Virus record (IMG/VR): IMGVR_UViG_3300015245_000036
DNA length: 64,000 nucleotides
Origin: an uncultured virus (IMG/VR IMGVR_UViG_3300015245_000036)
Taxonomy: Duplodnaviria; Heunggongvirae; Uroviricota; Caudoviricetes
Reading direction: 5' to 3' (one strand)
Positions within the stretch are counted from its first letter, which is position 1; each line of letters begins with the position of its first letter. Both the position numbers and the translations under genes were made by a program. The notes under the pieces are model-generated. The model was given only the letters and a program-made list of their open reading frames with translations, searched no databases and was not told where the DNA came from. This document shows positions 18,156 through 28,361 of the stretch, piece after piece.

Positions 18156-18622
18156 GTGGTCCTCAGCATGGGTGTGACTCCGTTGGCTCGCAGTATCGGC
18201 GCGAGCTTGGCGTCGCGTCCAGCGGTCATGAGGGCTCGAGCCAGCACCAGCGTCCCCTGGTTCAAAGTCATGCTGGCGAACGACACGGTGTACCGACCGC
18301 AGGACAGCGCGGCGGCCGGCTCGTCCTTGGGTAGCATGTCGTCCTGGGTGTACACCGCGCTGAGCAAGCGTTGTGCCCGGGGGAGCGAGGCCGTGGCCTT
18401 CTTGAGCGCGGTCACGCACCGGGCAAGGCGTCCGAGCGCGTCCTCCGGCTTGTTCACGTCGGTTCCGACGATCTCGATCGAGCACGAGCGGAACCGCAGG
18501 ATGCAGGCCCGCGACGGACGCAGGTCCGCGTCCATGTCCTTGTCCGACAAGTCGATTCGACCCTTCGGGGGCTCGACGGGAACCGCCCGCAGTGGATCCA
18601 CGATGCGCCACGGATCCTTCAC
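18152..18622 (-). CDS. Hypothetical protein
   Basis: GTGA-coupled start. Confidence 0.55.
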   Translation of the reverse strand: MKDPWRIVDPLRAVPVEPPKGRIDLSDKDMDADLRPSRACILRFRSCSIEIVGTDVNKPEDALGRLARCVTALKKATASLPRAQRLLSAVYTQDDMLPKDEPAAALSCGRYTVSFASMTLNQGTLVLARALMTAGRDAKLAPILRANGVTPMLRTT

Positions 18623-18840
18623 GTCCTGATTAGCATACCGGACAACGAGGTGTTTATGCAATCGATGTGGGCCAGCTCGAACTCATCGCCGATCAGGGCG
18701 TCGATGCTCTTGGTGCTCGGGTTGCGTCCGATGCCCTGCACGATCATCGCCATCTGCACGCGGTCCCCCGGAGAAAGCAGCTTCCTGCATCGCGCACAGG
18801 TGGTGGCGGGGACGCGTTGCTTGAGGATGTCGAGGGTCAC
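18619..18840 (-). CDS. Small zinc-finger-like protein
   Basis: CARC...HIDC; GGAGG RBS. Confidence 0.6.
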   Translation of the reverse strand: MTLDILKQRVPATTCARCRKLLSPGDRVQMAMIVQGIGRNPSTKSIDALIGDEFELAHIDCINTSLSGMLIRT

Positions 18841-18841
18841 G

Positions 18842-19528
18842 CTACTCCTCCATGCCAGGGATGGGACCACGCGAGGCTCGAACCGGCCCGAACGTCCTGC
18901 GATGAACCTGGTCGAGCAGGCCGTCGCGTTGCAGCTGGTCGAGGTGCTTCGGCGTGGGATACCCGCGATTCTTGTCGAATCCCCACCCCGGATACTCGCC
19001 CGCGATTCGCGTGACATGGCGGTCATGGCACGCCTTGGCCACGATCGACGCCGCGCCGATGCGCCAGTCGAGCGCGTCGCCGCCGGGAACCATGCGAACG
19101 GGGCAGGGGACGTCTGGCCTCGCGAGGTCCCCGTCAACCAGAACGAGAATCGCGTCCTTCTCGATATGGAACTTTCCGGGGTTGACCGTCATTACCAATT
19201 GCTCGACGCAGCGCTGGATGGCGAGTCGCAGAGCCTCGGGAAACACCTCCCGCAGAAGCCTGGCGTCGATCTCCGCCGCGGAACGCTCGATGATCGCGTG
19301 CGCCACCGCGGCAGCCCGGATCGCGAGGTCGAGCGCCCCGCGCTGCTCGGGTACCTTGATCTTTTTCGAGTCGTCGGCCGCCAGCGTCTTGACGCCGCGC
19401 ACGCCGCGCCACGCCGTTGTCACGCGGGGCGCGTCCGCGCGGAACGCGACCGCGGCGACCACGAGAGGGCCCGCGATCGCGCCGCACCCGACTTCGTCGA
19501 CGCCAATTACATAGCGGGGTTCACTCAC
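18842..19528 (-). CDS. rnhB: Ribonuclease HII
   Basis: GVDEVGCGAIAGPLVVAAV, DSKK, VDG, GDA...IGAASIVAK, GFDKNRGYPT..H. Confidence 0.92.
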   Translation of the reverse strand: MSEPRYVIGVDEVGCGAIAGPLVVAAVAFRADAPRVTTAWRGVRGVKTLAADDSKKIKVPEQRGALDLAIRAAAVAHAIIERSAAEIDARLLREVFPEALRLAIQRCVEQLVMTVNPGKFHIEKDAILVLVDGDLARPDVPCPVRMVPGGDALDWRIGAASIVAKACHDRHVTRIAGEYPGWGFDKNRGYPTPKHLDQLQRDGLLDQVHRRTFGPVRASRGPIPGMEE

Positions 19529-19749
19529 TTGCGAAGCCCAAGGTGTTGCATTATTGCTGCATCCATTCCGTGCTTGAATGCGAGATTCTCGGCCTTGAGG
19601 GGACTAATACCGACAAGACATGTCATGCAATTTATTTCAGCGTCTGTTTCCACGCCTACCTTATAGGCACTACATACGGTTCCCCAGGGCGCCGCTTCGT
19701 GAACTATGCCGTCTTGCTCAATGTGTAAGCTACTTGTCGAGGTACCCAT
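19525..19749 (-). CDS. Small HCCC zinc-finger-like protein
   Basis: QDGIVHE...TVC...INCMTCLV; locally AT-rich. Confidence 0.65.
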   Translation of the reverse strand: MGTSTSSLHIEQDGIVHEAAPWGTVCSAYKVGVETDAEINCMTCLVGISPLKAENLAFKHGMDAAIMQHLGLRK

Positions 19750-19905
19750 TGAACACCTTCCTCGGAGGGCTTCGTCTGCTGGTTAGCTTGACGGTTTTTC
19801 CGCACGGGCACGTTGCCGTCTTCTGGCCGCGCTTGGCCGCGACGCGGCGCCCGCAGGAGCAGGTGCGCACGCGCAGCCCCCGCGGCCGGCCCTGCCTGCG
19901 CGACG

Positions 19906-20154
19906 TCACGTGTCTTCTCGAACCACGCGATCCGCGCGCGGGCATCCCGGGTGGCCGATCACCCAGTGAACGTCGAGGGCGATCGCCAGGTTGTGCACGT
20001 GCCGAAAGCTTGCGGTCGACCTGCCGTGCTCGATCGCGGCGTACTGCGGTCGGGACAATCGAATTCTCTTAGCGAGCTGCTCCTGCGTGAGCCCGCGCGC
20101 CTCCCGTACGGCCTTCAGCTGCTTGATGAAAGTCTCGTACGGGTTCGCGCTCAT
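19906..20154 (-). CDS. XRE-family helix-turn-helix regulator
   Basis: LKAVREARGLTQEQLAKRIRLSRPQYAAIEHG. Confidence 0.85.
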   Translation of the reverse strand: MSANPYETFIKQLKAVREARGLTQEQLAKRIRLSRPQYAAIEHGRSTASFRHVHNLAIALDVHWVIGHPGCPRADRVVREDT

Positions 20155-20155
20155 G

Positions 20156-22219
20156 TCAGACCGCCTTGCGTGCGAAGTGCTTCGCGAAGAGAGGGAGATA
20201 CCGCTCGCACATCTCGATGTCGGTAGTCACGAGCCCTCGAGACCAGGGGAGAGCTTGGAGCACCATGCCGCCGTACCGCTTGGTCCAGATCCTGTTGTCG
20301 AGGATGGCCAGGCAGCCCCTGTCGCCCTTCGACCTAATCAGCCGGCCGCTGCCCTGCCGGAGGTCGATCAGCATGTCCGTCATCTGTACTTCGACGAACG
20401 GGTTCGTCGACAGCTTCTCTCGCGCCTTGACGATTGGATCGTTGAGCTGCGGGAACGGCAACTTCGCGATGATGACCAGACGCAGCGCGCCGCCGACGAC
20501 GTCGACGCCCTCCCAGAACGACTTGCTTCCCACGAGGATCGAATTATCCACGCTCCGGAACTTGTCCAACGCCGCCGGCGGGTCCCCGTCCCACTCGTTG
20601 TTCCGATGGCCCTGCGCGAACGTTCGCCCGGGGAAGCGGGCCTTCAGTGCGCGCGCGAACGCGTCCAGCTCCTCGTTGGCCGTGGTCAGCACGAACGCGC
20701 CGCCGTCGGACAGCTCGACCAGGCGGACGGCGCGCTCAACGCGAAGTTTGAGCGCGTCGAGGTAGGGTCGATTCTCGTCGTCGGTGGCGTTGCGCGCCGC
20801 GCGGTTCACCTGCGCCGCATCCTTGGGCACGTACACGAATCCCTGCGCGTCGTAGTCGAACGGGCTGGCGAGCACGTCTACGATGTCCGGCTTGATGCCC
20901 GTCATCTCCTCGAGGTGCTCGAACGACCCGTTGATCGCCAGGGTCGCGCTGGTCAGGATCTTGGTCTTCACGCCGCTGAAGAACGAGCCCATGATGCCCG
21001 CGAGGCTGACCGGCGAGCAGTACAGCTGGAAGCCGAAGCGCTCCTCGTTGCTGCCGTAGATCGCCGTAGACCTCAGGATCTTCGCCTTGCGTTGCTCGTA
21101 CTCCGCATCCTCCTCGGTCTTCCTCCTCGGCACCCGGCCCTGCGCGAGCTGGAGCCCCCGCGTCAGGTCGTCGAGCTTGCGACGCGAGCGGATCATCACC
21201 GACAGGTCCTTCTGCAGGTCAGGGCTGTAGTCGTCGATCTCGGCCTCGTCCTGGTCCTCCCCGAGGCCGAACCGCTCGAGAGTCCCGTCGACCTCGGTCC
21301 GCGCCTCGTCGAGCGCAACGAACACCGCGTTGGTGGCCTCCTCGTCGTCGCCGAACACGGGGACCTCGCGGAGGTGCGGCTCGCGCCAGTGCGTGTTGGG
21401 GACCCGGTCGAACAGCTCGCCCCAGACGCGGACGAGCGCCGCGTTACGCGGGAACGTACTGAACGTTCCGTTCAGCTGCTCGCTGATCTGCTCGACCACC
21501 TTGCGGGACATTCGCGTGGTGAAGGCCCCGCGCACGCCGTCGGCGAGCTTGTGCGCCTCGTCAACGATCAGCACGTCGTAGGGTCCGCCCACGAGCCGGC
21601 CTTGGCCGAATCGCATCTCCACGCCGAGCACGTGGTGGTTGATCACCACGATCTTCGACTGGGCCATCTCCTTCTTCATCCGCATGTAGCCGCAGTCCCC
21701 CGCCTGGGGGCACCTGCGCCCGACGCAATCCTCCGCGGAGGCCTCCGGCCACCACGTCGGCGTCGCGCCGTCGTAATCGGCTCGATCACCGTGTCGGCTG
21801 TCGGCCAGGAACCGCATGTAGCCCGGGCCAGGGTTGCGCTCCTGCGCGAGCACGCGGCACGCGTAGTTGCCGTTGCCCTTGCGCGAGGTCGACACGATTT
21901 GCGGGCGCCCCTCGGCGTCGATGAGCACCGTCTGAAGGTCCTGGCCGATCGCCTGGGCGAGCGCCGGGATGTCCTTGGTGACGATCTGGTCCTGCAACTG
22001 CTTCTTTGCCGTGGCGATGACGATGCGACGGCGAGGCTCGAGCAGCGCCGGCAGCATGTACGCGAAGGTCTTTCCCGTGGCCACGCCAGCCTCGACGAAA
22101 TAGGCGAGGCCCTCCTGGAGGGCGCGGGTGACGTTGTTGGCCATGTGGATCTGCGGGGGGCGGATCTCCCGCACGAGCCCCTGCGACGGATCCGACAGCA
22201 GGGCTATGGCGTCGCGCAT
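20156..22219 (-). CDS. dinG: DinG/YoaA-family ATP-dependent helicase
   Basis: RPPQ, EAGVATGKT, KGNGNYAC, DEAH, LTSATL, SPFDY, FWEGVDV, KLPFP, QGSGRLIR. Confidence 0.92.
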   Translation of the reverse strand: MRDAIALLSDPSQGLVREIRPPQIHMANNVTRALQEGLAYFVEAGVATGKTFAYMLPALLEPRRRIVIATAKKQLQDQIVTKDIPALAQAIGQDLQTVLIDAEGRPQIVSTSRKGNGNYACRVLAQERNPGPGYMRFLADSRHGDRADYDGATPTWWPEASAEDCVGRRCPQAGDCGYMRMKKEMAQSKIVVINHHVLGVEMRFGQGRLVGGPYDVLIVDEAHKLADGVRGAFTTRMSRKVVEQISEQLNGTFSTFPRNAALVRVWGELFDRVPNTHWREPHLREVPVFGDDEEATNAVFVALDEARTEVDGTLERFGLGEDQDEAEIDDYSPDLQKDLSVMIRSRRKLDDLTRGLQLAQGRVPRRKTEEDAEYEQRKAKILRSTAIYGSNEERFGFQLYCSPVSLAGIMGSFFSGVKTKILTSATLAINGSFEHLEEMTGIKPDIVDVLASPFDYDAQGFVYVPKDAAQVNRAARNATDDENRPYLDALKLRVERAVRLVELSDGGAFVLTTANEELDAFARALKARFPGRTFAQGHRNNEWDGDPPAALDKFRSVDNSILVGSKSFWEGVDVVGGALRLVIIAKLPFPQLNDPIVKAREKLSTNPFVEVQMTDMLIDLRQGSGRLIRSKGDRGCLAILDNRIWTKRYGGMVLQALPWSRGLVTTDIEMCERYLPLFAKHFARKAV

Positions 22220-22240
22220 CGCTGGCTCCTTTCTAGATCA

Positions 22241-22257
22241 TGTTTATTCGGTAAACA
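22241..22257. promoter_or_regulatory. Perfect palindrome at the early/late divergence point
   Basis: TGTTTA-TTCGG-TAAACA between dinG and the tail operon. Confidence 0.6.
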
Positions 22258-22321
22258 AGCTGGGCGTCGTGATAGGATCCGGCTCACCGATGCTTCTACC
22301 AAAGGGGAGCGAGGATTCACG

Positions 22322-22948
22322 ATGGATGACCTGAAGATTGGCGACTTCTCCAAGCCCGTGACTCCTCAGCCATCTTCCGCGCCGCCGAGGCCCCCGACGC
22401 GGGTCGCCACGCCCCCGAGCACGAGGATCCCGAGCAGTCCCGACGAAGCCGCGCTCAGCGCGGAGGCCTCCGCGGTCGAGGCCGAGCTTGCGCCGATGCG
22501 CACCTATGAGGACACGCTCCGCGAGGCGAAGATCTCGCGCGAGGAGGCGGCGAAAGTCGTCGACTCCGTCATGGAGAAAGGGTTCTGGTCCGAGACGGTC
22601 CAGATCACGAAGTCGACGATCGCGAGGCTCCGGACGAGATCGTCGAGGGACCGCACGCGCGCGATGGATCGGATCGAAACCGCGCGCCCCTCGTTCGACG
22701 CCCACTACTACGACCTGATGAACAAGCTACTACTCGCCGCGTCTCTCGAGTCGTTCGGCCGCATCAAGTTCGAGCACCCCGCGCCTGGTGCCAAGACTGA
22801 GGATGTGGAGAGGGCGTTCGAGGCCCGCTTCAACTACGTCGACGCGGTGATGGCCGAGCCCGCTTACGCGCTCCTTCTCCGCGCGTTCCTCAAGTTTGAC
22901 GAAAAAATCCGGGTCGTGACGGCGGAGGGCGTCGTCGAAAATTTCTAG
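22322..22948 (+). CDS. Putative tail assembly chaperone (G-like)
   Basis: Two ORFs upstream of the tape-measure-like gene; ends in a slippery heptamer. Confidence 0.65.
   Translation: MDDLKIGDFSKPVTPQPSSAPPRPPTRVATPPSTRIPSSPDEAALSAEASAVEAELAPMRTYEDTLREAKISREEAAKVVDSVMEKGFWSETVQITKSTIARLRTRSSRDRTRAMDRIETARPSFDAHYYDLMNKLLLAASLESFGRIKFEHPAPGAKTEDVERAFEARFNYVDAVMAEPAYALLLRAFLKFDEKIRVVTAEGVVENF
22939..22945 (+). other. -1 ribosomal frameshift slippery site A AAT TTC
   Basis: X XXY YYZ in phase just before the TAG; the -1 frame is open and in frame with the ORF at 22996-23400. Confidence 0.75.
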
Positions 22949-23400
22949 GTCACCCGGGGGCCAACGCGCGGGCGGTCGCCTTCGCGCGCGGGCAGATGCT
23001 TCCCCCGATCGGCTCGGTCGAGGATCGCGTCATGCGCGAGATGGTGTTCCGGGAGCGCTCCGAGCGCGTGGCGCACGTGCGCGCGATCGCGGCCATCGTA
23101 GCGCGGGTCGTGGGCCGGGACGCGGACAAACTCCTCGGAGACGTCGTATCCGAGTACGCGTCGGAGGTATTCCAGGAATCCTACGATCCCGTCGCGCTCG
23201 CGCGGAAGGCCCAGCGTCTGCGCGACGCGCAGGCTCAAATCCGGCGCCGGCGCGTGGAGGACGAGAACACGCTCAGGCGTCTCGACCGCATGGAGTTGCT
23301 CGGTCAGGATTTCGATCGCGTGAAGGGCCGAGAATTTGATAGCAATTCCAAGCCGATACAGCATAGCCTAAGATCTGAACGTGGCCGACGGGACCAGTAA
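22945..23400 (+). CDS. Tail chaperone frameshift extension (T part of GT)
   Basis: -1 frame reads LGHPGANARAVAFARGQMLPP... to the stop at 23400. Confidence 0.65.
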   Translation, partial: LGHPGANARAVAFARGQMLPPIGSVEDRVMREMVFRERSERVAHVRAIAAIVARVVGRDADKLLGDVVSEYASEVFQESYDPVALARKAQRLRDAQAQIRRRRVEDENTLRRLDRMELLGQDFDRVKGREFDSNSKPIQHSLRSERGRRDQ

Positions 23401-26400
23401 CGAGACCCTTCGCCAGATGCTGGCGGGGTTCAACAGCATGCAGTCGGCGCTGGGCTTGCTCCCGGTCGCGTCCGGATCACCGACGGTCGGAGTGGGCCAG
23501 CCCGTCGGCTCAGCCCCGATGCCGCCGCCTCCGCCGCACCCGTCCGAGGCCGCCATCGCGGCCATGCAGCGCCATAACGACATGACGCAGCAGACGCTGC
23601 AGGCGGCGCAGCAGACGCGCTACCAGCCGCCACCGTCCGCGCCGACACCCTCGAGCGGCGGGCTCGGACAGTTCAACCCGTTCGTCGCCAATGCCCTCGG
23701 CGGCGGGGGCTCGGGCTACGGCCTCCCGAGCCCGGCGACGATGACGTCACCCGCTTACGGCATGTTCCGCCCGCCGCCGGCGATGGGCGGGATGCCGTTC
23801 GGCGGCCCGATGCGCCTGCCGTCCATCTTCAACCCGCTGGCCCCCGCCCTGTCGTCACCGCACTTCTCGACCCCGGGGATGCGATCGCTGCAGGTCATGC
23901 AGGGCCACGAATCGCAGGCGATGGGCACGCTCGCCGGCGCGACAGAGTTCGGACTCGGGCTGGCGGGGTCCGTGGCGGGCGGCGCGCTGGGCTCACTGCT
24001 CGGGCCCGTCGGTGCGGTCGCGGGCTCGTGGCTGGGCGGGAAGCTCGGGCACGCCGCGAGCAACGTCATGGTGGGCACGACGGTGCAGGACGCGGCCCGC
24101 GCGAGGATGATCCAGAACACGACCGCTCCGTTCATGGTCACCGGGTCCAGCCTCGGCCCGACGGGCCAGGGCATGAGCACCGACTCGGCGCTCCGCACGG
24201 CCCGCGGCGTCCGGCACATGGCGCACGACCTGGACTTCGAGCGGACCGGGTTCAACACCCAGGACGCCATGCGGATCATGGGTGGCGCGGCGCAGCACGG
24301 CCTGTTGACTGGCGCCCAGTCGCCCGAGGAGATCGTTCGCCGCGTAAAGGACGTCAGCAAGACCGTCAAGCTGCTGATGCAGGTGACCGGGGACCCCGAC
24401 GTGCGATCGGCCCTCGCGTCCCTGGGCCAGATGCGAGACCTCGGCTTCCAGGGCCTGGGGTCTCAGTCGGCGGCGGTTGCCAACCGCGCCGCGTTTGCTC
24501 GCATGGCCGGCGTGTCGCAGGCGGCGATGCACGAGTCCTTCGGTCTGCCGGGCGCCATGATGGCCCAGCAGGTCGGCCTCGCGGGGTCCACCGGCTACGC
24601 CGCGGGCATGTCGGGCGGCGCGCTCGCGAACATCGCTGCGTCGTCCGGCTCGCTCAACGATCTCCAACTCGCTCGCGCGGGCGGTCGGTCGGGGCTCGGC
24701 CAGATCAACGCGCTCGCCCAGATTTCCTCGATGCAGAGCGACGTGTACCTCGCCGCATCCCTTCGCAAAGGTAGCAAGGGCCTCGAGGTCGACATGGACG
24801 CCTACCGCAAGGCGCAGAGCATGTCGGTGGGCGACGTCGCGCGCGAGGCGGCCGAGCGCATCCACAAAATGGGAGCGGAGGGCATCTTCGAGTGGCGGAC
24901 GCGGCGCCAGGAGTTCAAGGATCAGGTCGCGCAGAAGCTCTCGCCCCTCGAGATGGGGATGAACGTGGTGCGCCAGGCGCAGGGCCTCCAGCGGCAGGTG
25001 CCGGGCATGAACCTCGGCTCCGCGCTGTTCGCCACCGTGCAGTCGACCGCCGTTGGCGCCGGGATGAGCGAGGAGCAGGCCGAGCAAACCGCGCGGTCCC
25101 TCGAGCTGCAGTTCACCGACCGGAAGTACTGGGAGGGTCAGAAGCAGCAGCTGAGAGCGCAACGACGGACCGCGATCGATGAGCAGCGCAGCCGCTTTGG
25201 GCAGTTCGCGACCCAGGACTTCGGGGACCGCGTGGACCGCCTGGGGCGGATGGGCATGCTTCGCGCCTCCGACAGGATCGCCTCGCCGTTCCAGCGCCTC
25301 GCCGACGGGTTCCGCAGGGTTCGCGAGGGCGAGGAGGCCGCGGGCTACGGCGAGCACATCTCGCGGCTCTCGGGCGTGGCGGTCATCGGCGACGACGCGG
25401 ATCGGCGGATGATGCACGCGGCCGGCGGGCGTGGGTTCAGCGCGGCCTACGCGTCCGGCCTGGGTGACGACCCCCTCGGACGGGATCAGGGTCCGCTGGG
25501 CGCCTCCTGGTCGCGCCAGATGAATCGGATGGGCGGGGCCCTGGGGCTCACCGGAACCAGCGGGGCGAATCGCGTCGCCGCCCTGGCCAGCGAATCGAGG
25601 GGCATGTTCGCGACGCCGTTCGGCATCCACCCGTTCAAGTCGTTCGGCAACGTCGACGACGCGTTCGCGCGCGTGCAGGACGTGGCGGCCGCGGGCTCCG
25701 CGGTCCTGGCCTCCGACAGCTTCGACCTGGGCAAGCGCAAGGCGCTCATCGCGCGGATGGGCGCTCACTCAGGCGGCGTCAGCGCGGGCGCGGTGCTGCA
25801 GTCCGCGACCAGTGCGCTCGTTACGCGGATCGACGGCCTGGCCGCGAGCGTGGCAGGTCCCGAGACCGGCGCGGCGCTCTCACAGAGCGATCTCAAGAAC
25901 GCGTTCATCAAGGGCGCCGCGGACCGCGGGATGAACGCCCAGGAGGCCGCGAAGATGTTTGACTCCAACCCGGGCATCGCCGCCGACATGGTCAAGGCCG
26001 TGATGTCGTCCGGGACCGCGAAGCAGAAGGAGGTGCTCGGCAAGTCGGTCGAGATCGGCACCAAGCTCGGTGCGGTCAACATGACGAGGACTCGTGAGGG
26101 CCTACGGGACGCGGTGAGGAATCGGCTGTCCGCGGCGGGGCTCAACGAGCAGTACGCCAGCTTCAACGAGCACGGATTCCGCGGCGGAGGATACGCCGCA
26201 AGCGACAAGACCCTGACGGAGCTGGGCTCGGTCGTCGCGCACCACTCGCAGGAGGAGGTGGCCGTCGCCGCGGCGCTGGCGGCGCAGGCGTCGGGGGACC
26301 CCGCGCAGCGAAAGAAGGGCGACCAGGCGCTCACCGCCCTGCGCACCCAGCTCGGCGACAAGCGCGTGGACGAGCTGACCTCGACCGCGCAGGACACGAT

Positions 26401-26995
26401 TCTCAAGGGCGCGTCGGGGGATCTGAAGACCGCGCTGGTGCGGGTCGCCGCGGAGGGCCAAGGCGGCAACGTGACCAAGCGTGTCGGCGCCGTGTACGAG
26501 GCGATCGGCATGAAGAAGCGCGGGGCGGCCACGGACGCGCTGATGGACAGGCTGGGCTCCATCAGCTCGAACAAAGACGTCGCGGGGATGGCCGATCCGC
26601 TCGAGGCGATTCGTGCCCTGAGCGGCTCCGACCTCGACCGCCTCGAGGAGGATGACCCGGAGACGGCGAAGCTCCTCCGGGCCGCTGCGGGCGGGGACAA
26701 GAAGGCGTACGAGGCGCTGCTCGACAGGTCCGCGCCCTCGCAGCGCGAGCACCGCGCCGGCAGTCGCGTGTCGGCCATCGACAAGCAGGTCGCCAAGGTC
26801 GACGAGATGATCGCCGCAACGTCCCCCGGCGACGACACCGCGGGCCTGCAGGCCGAGACCGGCAAGCTGTTCGCAGACTCGGTCAAGACGTTCGCGGACG
26901 CGGTCAAGGACTTCAAGGGCGCCGGCCAGGCCGACAACCTGAGCAAGAGCAGCCCGTGGTTCCAGTCGATGATTCCGGGCGCGGGAGGTCGTTGA
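23381..26995 (+). CDS. Tape-measure-like protein
   Basis: 1204 aa, Ala/Gly-rich; follows the G/GT pair and precedes baseplate genes. Confidence 0.65.
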   Translation: MADGTSNETLRQMLAGFNSMQSALGLLPVASGSPTVGVGQPVGSAPMPPPPPHPSEAAIAAMQRHNDMTQQTLQAAQQTRYQPPPSAPTPSSGGLGQFNPFVANALGGGGSGYGLPSPATMTSPAYGMFRPPPAMGGMPFGGPMRLPSIFNPLAPALSSPHFSTPGMRSLQVMQGHESQAMGTLAGATEFGLGLAGSVAGGALGSLLGPVGAVAGSWLGGKLGHAASNVMVGTTVQDAARARMIQNTTAPFMVTGSSLGPTGQGMSTDSALRTARGVRHMAHDLDFERTGFNTQDAMRIMGGAAQHGLLTGAQSPEEIVRRVKDVSKTVKLLMQVTGDPDVRSALASLGQMRDLGFQGLGSQSAAVANRAAFARMAGVSQAAMHESFGLPGAMMAQQVGLAGSTGYAAGMSGGALANIAASSGSLNDLQLARAGGRSGLGQINALAQISSMQSDVYLAASLRKGSKGLEVDMDAYRKAQSMSVGDVAREAAERIHKMGAEGIFEWRTRRQEFKDQVAQKLSPLEMGMNVVRQAQGLQRQVPGMNLGSALFATVQSTAVGAGMSEEQAEQTARSLELQFTDRKYWEGQKQQLRAQRRTAIDEQRSRFGQFATQDFGDRVDRLGRMGMLRASDRIASPFQRLADGFRRVREGEEAAGYGEHISRLSGVAVIGDDADRRMMHAAGGRGFSAAYASGLGDDPLGRDQGPLGASWSRQMNRMGGALGLTGTSGANRVAALASESRGMFATPFGIHPFKSFGNVDDAFARVQDVAAAGSAVLASDSFDLGKRKALIARMGAHSGGVSAGAVLQSATSALVTRIDGLAASVAGPETGAALSQSDLKNAFIKGAADRGMNAQEAAKMFDSNPGIAADMVKAVMSSGTAKQKEVLGKSVEIGTKLGAVNMTRTREGLRDAVRNRLSAAGLNEQYASFNEHGFRGGGYAASDKTLTELGSVVAHHSQEEVAVAAALAAQASGDPAQRKKGDQALTALRTQLGDKRVDELTSTAQDTILKGASGDLKTALVRVAAEGQGGNVTKRVGAVYEAIGMKKRGAATDALMDRLGSISSNKDVAGMADPLEAIRALSGSDLDRLEEDDPETAKLLRAAAGGDKKAYEALLDRSAPSQREHRAGSRVSAIDKQVAKVDEMIAATSPGDDTAGLQAETGKLFADSVKTFADAVKDFKGAGQADNLSKSSPWFQSMIPGAGGR

Positions 26996-27954
26996 TGGCG
27001 GGACCCTACGGAAGCTACGTCAGCCAGAACAACGCGGCCGCGGATCCGGCGATCCGACGCCAGCAGGGCATCTTCGCGGACAACCCGCTGTCCACACCGA
27101 AGTACGCCCGCAACAGGGGTCCGCGCGACGCCGAGTTCCGCGACACCATGGCGCGGATGTTCATCAGCCTGGCGGACGCGGATCCCACGACGCAGACCGC
27201 CTACCTGGCGAGCCTTCCACAGGAGGCCAAGGCGCTGGCCCAAGTTCTCCTGGGAAACAACAACCACGGCTCCTCGGGGTATGTGGACTTCATCCTGACG
27301 CAGGCGATCGAGCCCCGGCAGGAGGTCGTCCAGGTCGAGAAGACCGTCGGCGACGGCTACGTCGCGTTCTTCTTCGGCGAGGCTCCGCCGACGTTCCAGT
27401 ACTCCGGGTACCTGCTCAACTCACTGCAGGACGATCAGCGCGTCGGGTTCGCCATCGCGTACTCGCAGATCCTGCGCGGCACCCAGCTCGCGCGGCGCGG
27501 CGCCCTGGCCCGGCTCCGCTACGACTCGGTGATCGTTGAGGGCGCACTCACCGCGAAGCAGCAGACGCTCAACGCCGACAACGAGCTTGCGGTGCCGTTC
27601 GCGTTCAGCTTCCTCGTCAAGAGCTACGTGATCGTGCAGAACCCGCTGTTCCAGCGGACCTCGGCGGCCGACTACGTCGCCCTCGCCGCCGACAGCGCCG
27701 TCTCGAACCTCGGGCCCGTGGGCCGTCCGTCGGACGTGCGCGTCAGGTCCTCGATGGTGCTGCCACCTGACCTCGCATCCGTGAGCACGGCCGGCCAGGA
27801 GGAGCCCGGCGCGGTCGATCGCACGCAAACCGCGCTCGCGCAGCTCATGTCCCGCGCGGTTGACTCCGTCCTCGGCTCGCGAACCAGCAACGTGCGGGGC
27901 GCGATAGACGGCACGCCGGTCAGCCCTCCGCCCGCGTTCGCAGGTGCGCTGTGA
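26995..27954 (+). CDS. Putative tail/baseplate structural protein
   Basis: TGATG coupling; position in the tail operon; beta-rich core. Confidence 0.55.
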   Translation: MAGPYGSYVSQNNAAADPAIRRQQGIFADNPLSTPKYARNRGPRDAEFRDTMARMFISLADADPTTQTAYLASLPQEAKALAQVLLGNNNHGSSGYVDFILTQAIEPRQEVVQVEKTVGDGYVAFFFGEAPPTFQYSGYLLNSLQDDQRVGFAIAYSQILRGTQLARRGALARLRYDSVIVEGALTAKQQTLNADNELAVPFAFSFLVKSYVIVQNPLFQRTSAADYVALAADSAVSNLGPVGRPSDVRVRSSMVLPPDLASVSTAGQEEPGAVDRTQTALAQLMSRAVDSVLGSRTSNVRGAIDGTPVSPPPAFAGAL

Positions 27955-28361
27955 TCGCCCTCGAGGTCGCCCTGGCGCGGGTGCTCGGCCCATACGGCAT
28001 CGAGCAGCTGCGGACCCGGTTCCTATTCTCCGTGGTGGACAGTCGCAACGTCTCCGATGGCGTGCTGGTCGCCGCGCAGATGGCTCTCGAGACGGAGATC
28101 GGCGTGATTCTGACAAAGGTGATCGCGCCGTCGCCGAGCGTCCGAGGTACCGTGATCACGTCTCGGCGCCGGTTTCTCGACGTCGACAACGACCTCCGTG
28201 CGAACAGGTTCCTCATCGAACCGGCTCTCGACGATCTCTCGGGCCTGGGTGCGCCCGATCCCTACGTGGGCCTCCTTCGACGGCACCTCGCCGGTGACTA
28301 CCCGCGATACCGGGTGTGCGCCACGGCGGCCGTGCTCTCCCTCGCGGCGGCATTGTCATGA
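27951..28361 (+). CDS. Hypothetical protein (tail operon)
   Basis: Coupled on both sides. Confidence 0.55.
   Translation: MIALEVALARVLGPYGIEQLRTRFLFSVVDSRNVSDGVLVAAQMALETEIGVILTKVIAPSPSVRGTVITSRRRFLDVDNDLRANRFLIEPALDDLSGLGAPDPYVGLLRRHLAGDYPRYRVCATAAVLSLAAALS

Noticed and set aside
19991..22321. Long antisense ORFs (5' part of 19991-22948, 55695-58208, 34543-36399, 14511-15908 and others)
   Set aside because: Shadow frames of motif-bearing genes in high-GC DNA; no recognisable motifs.
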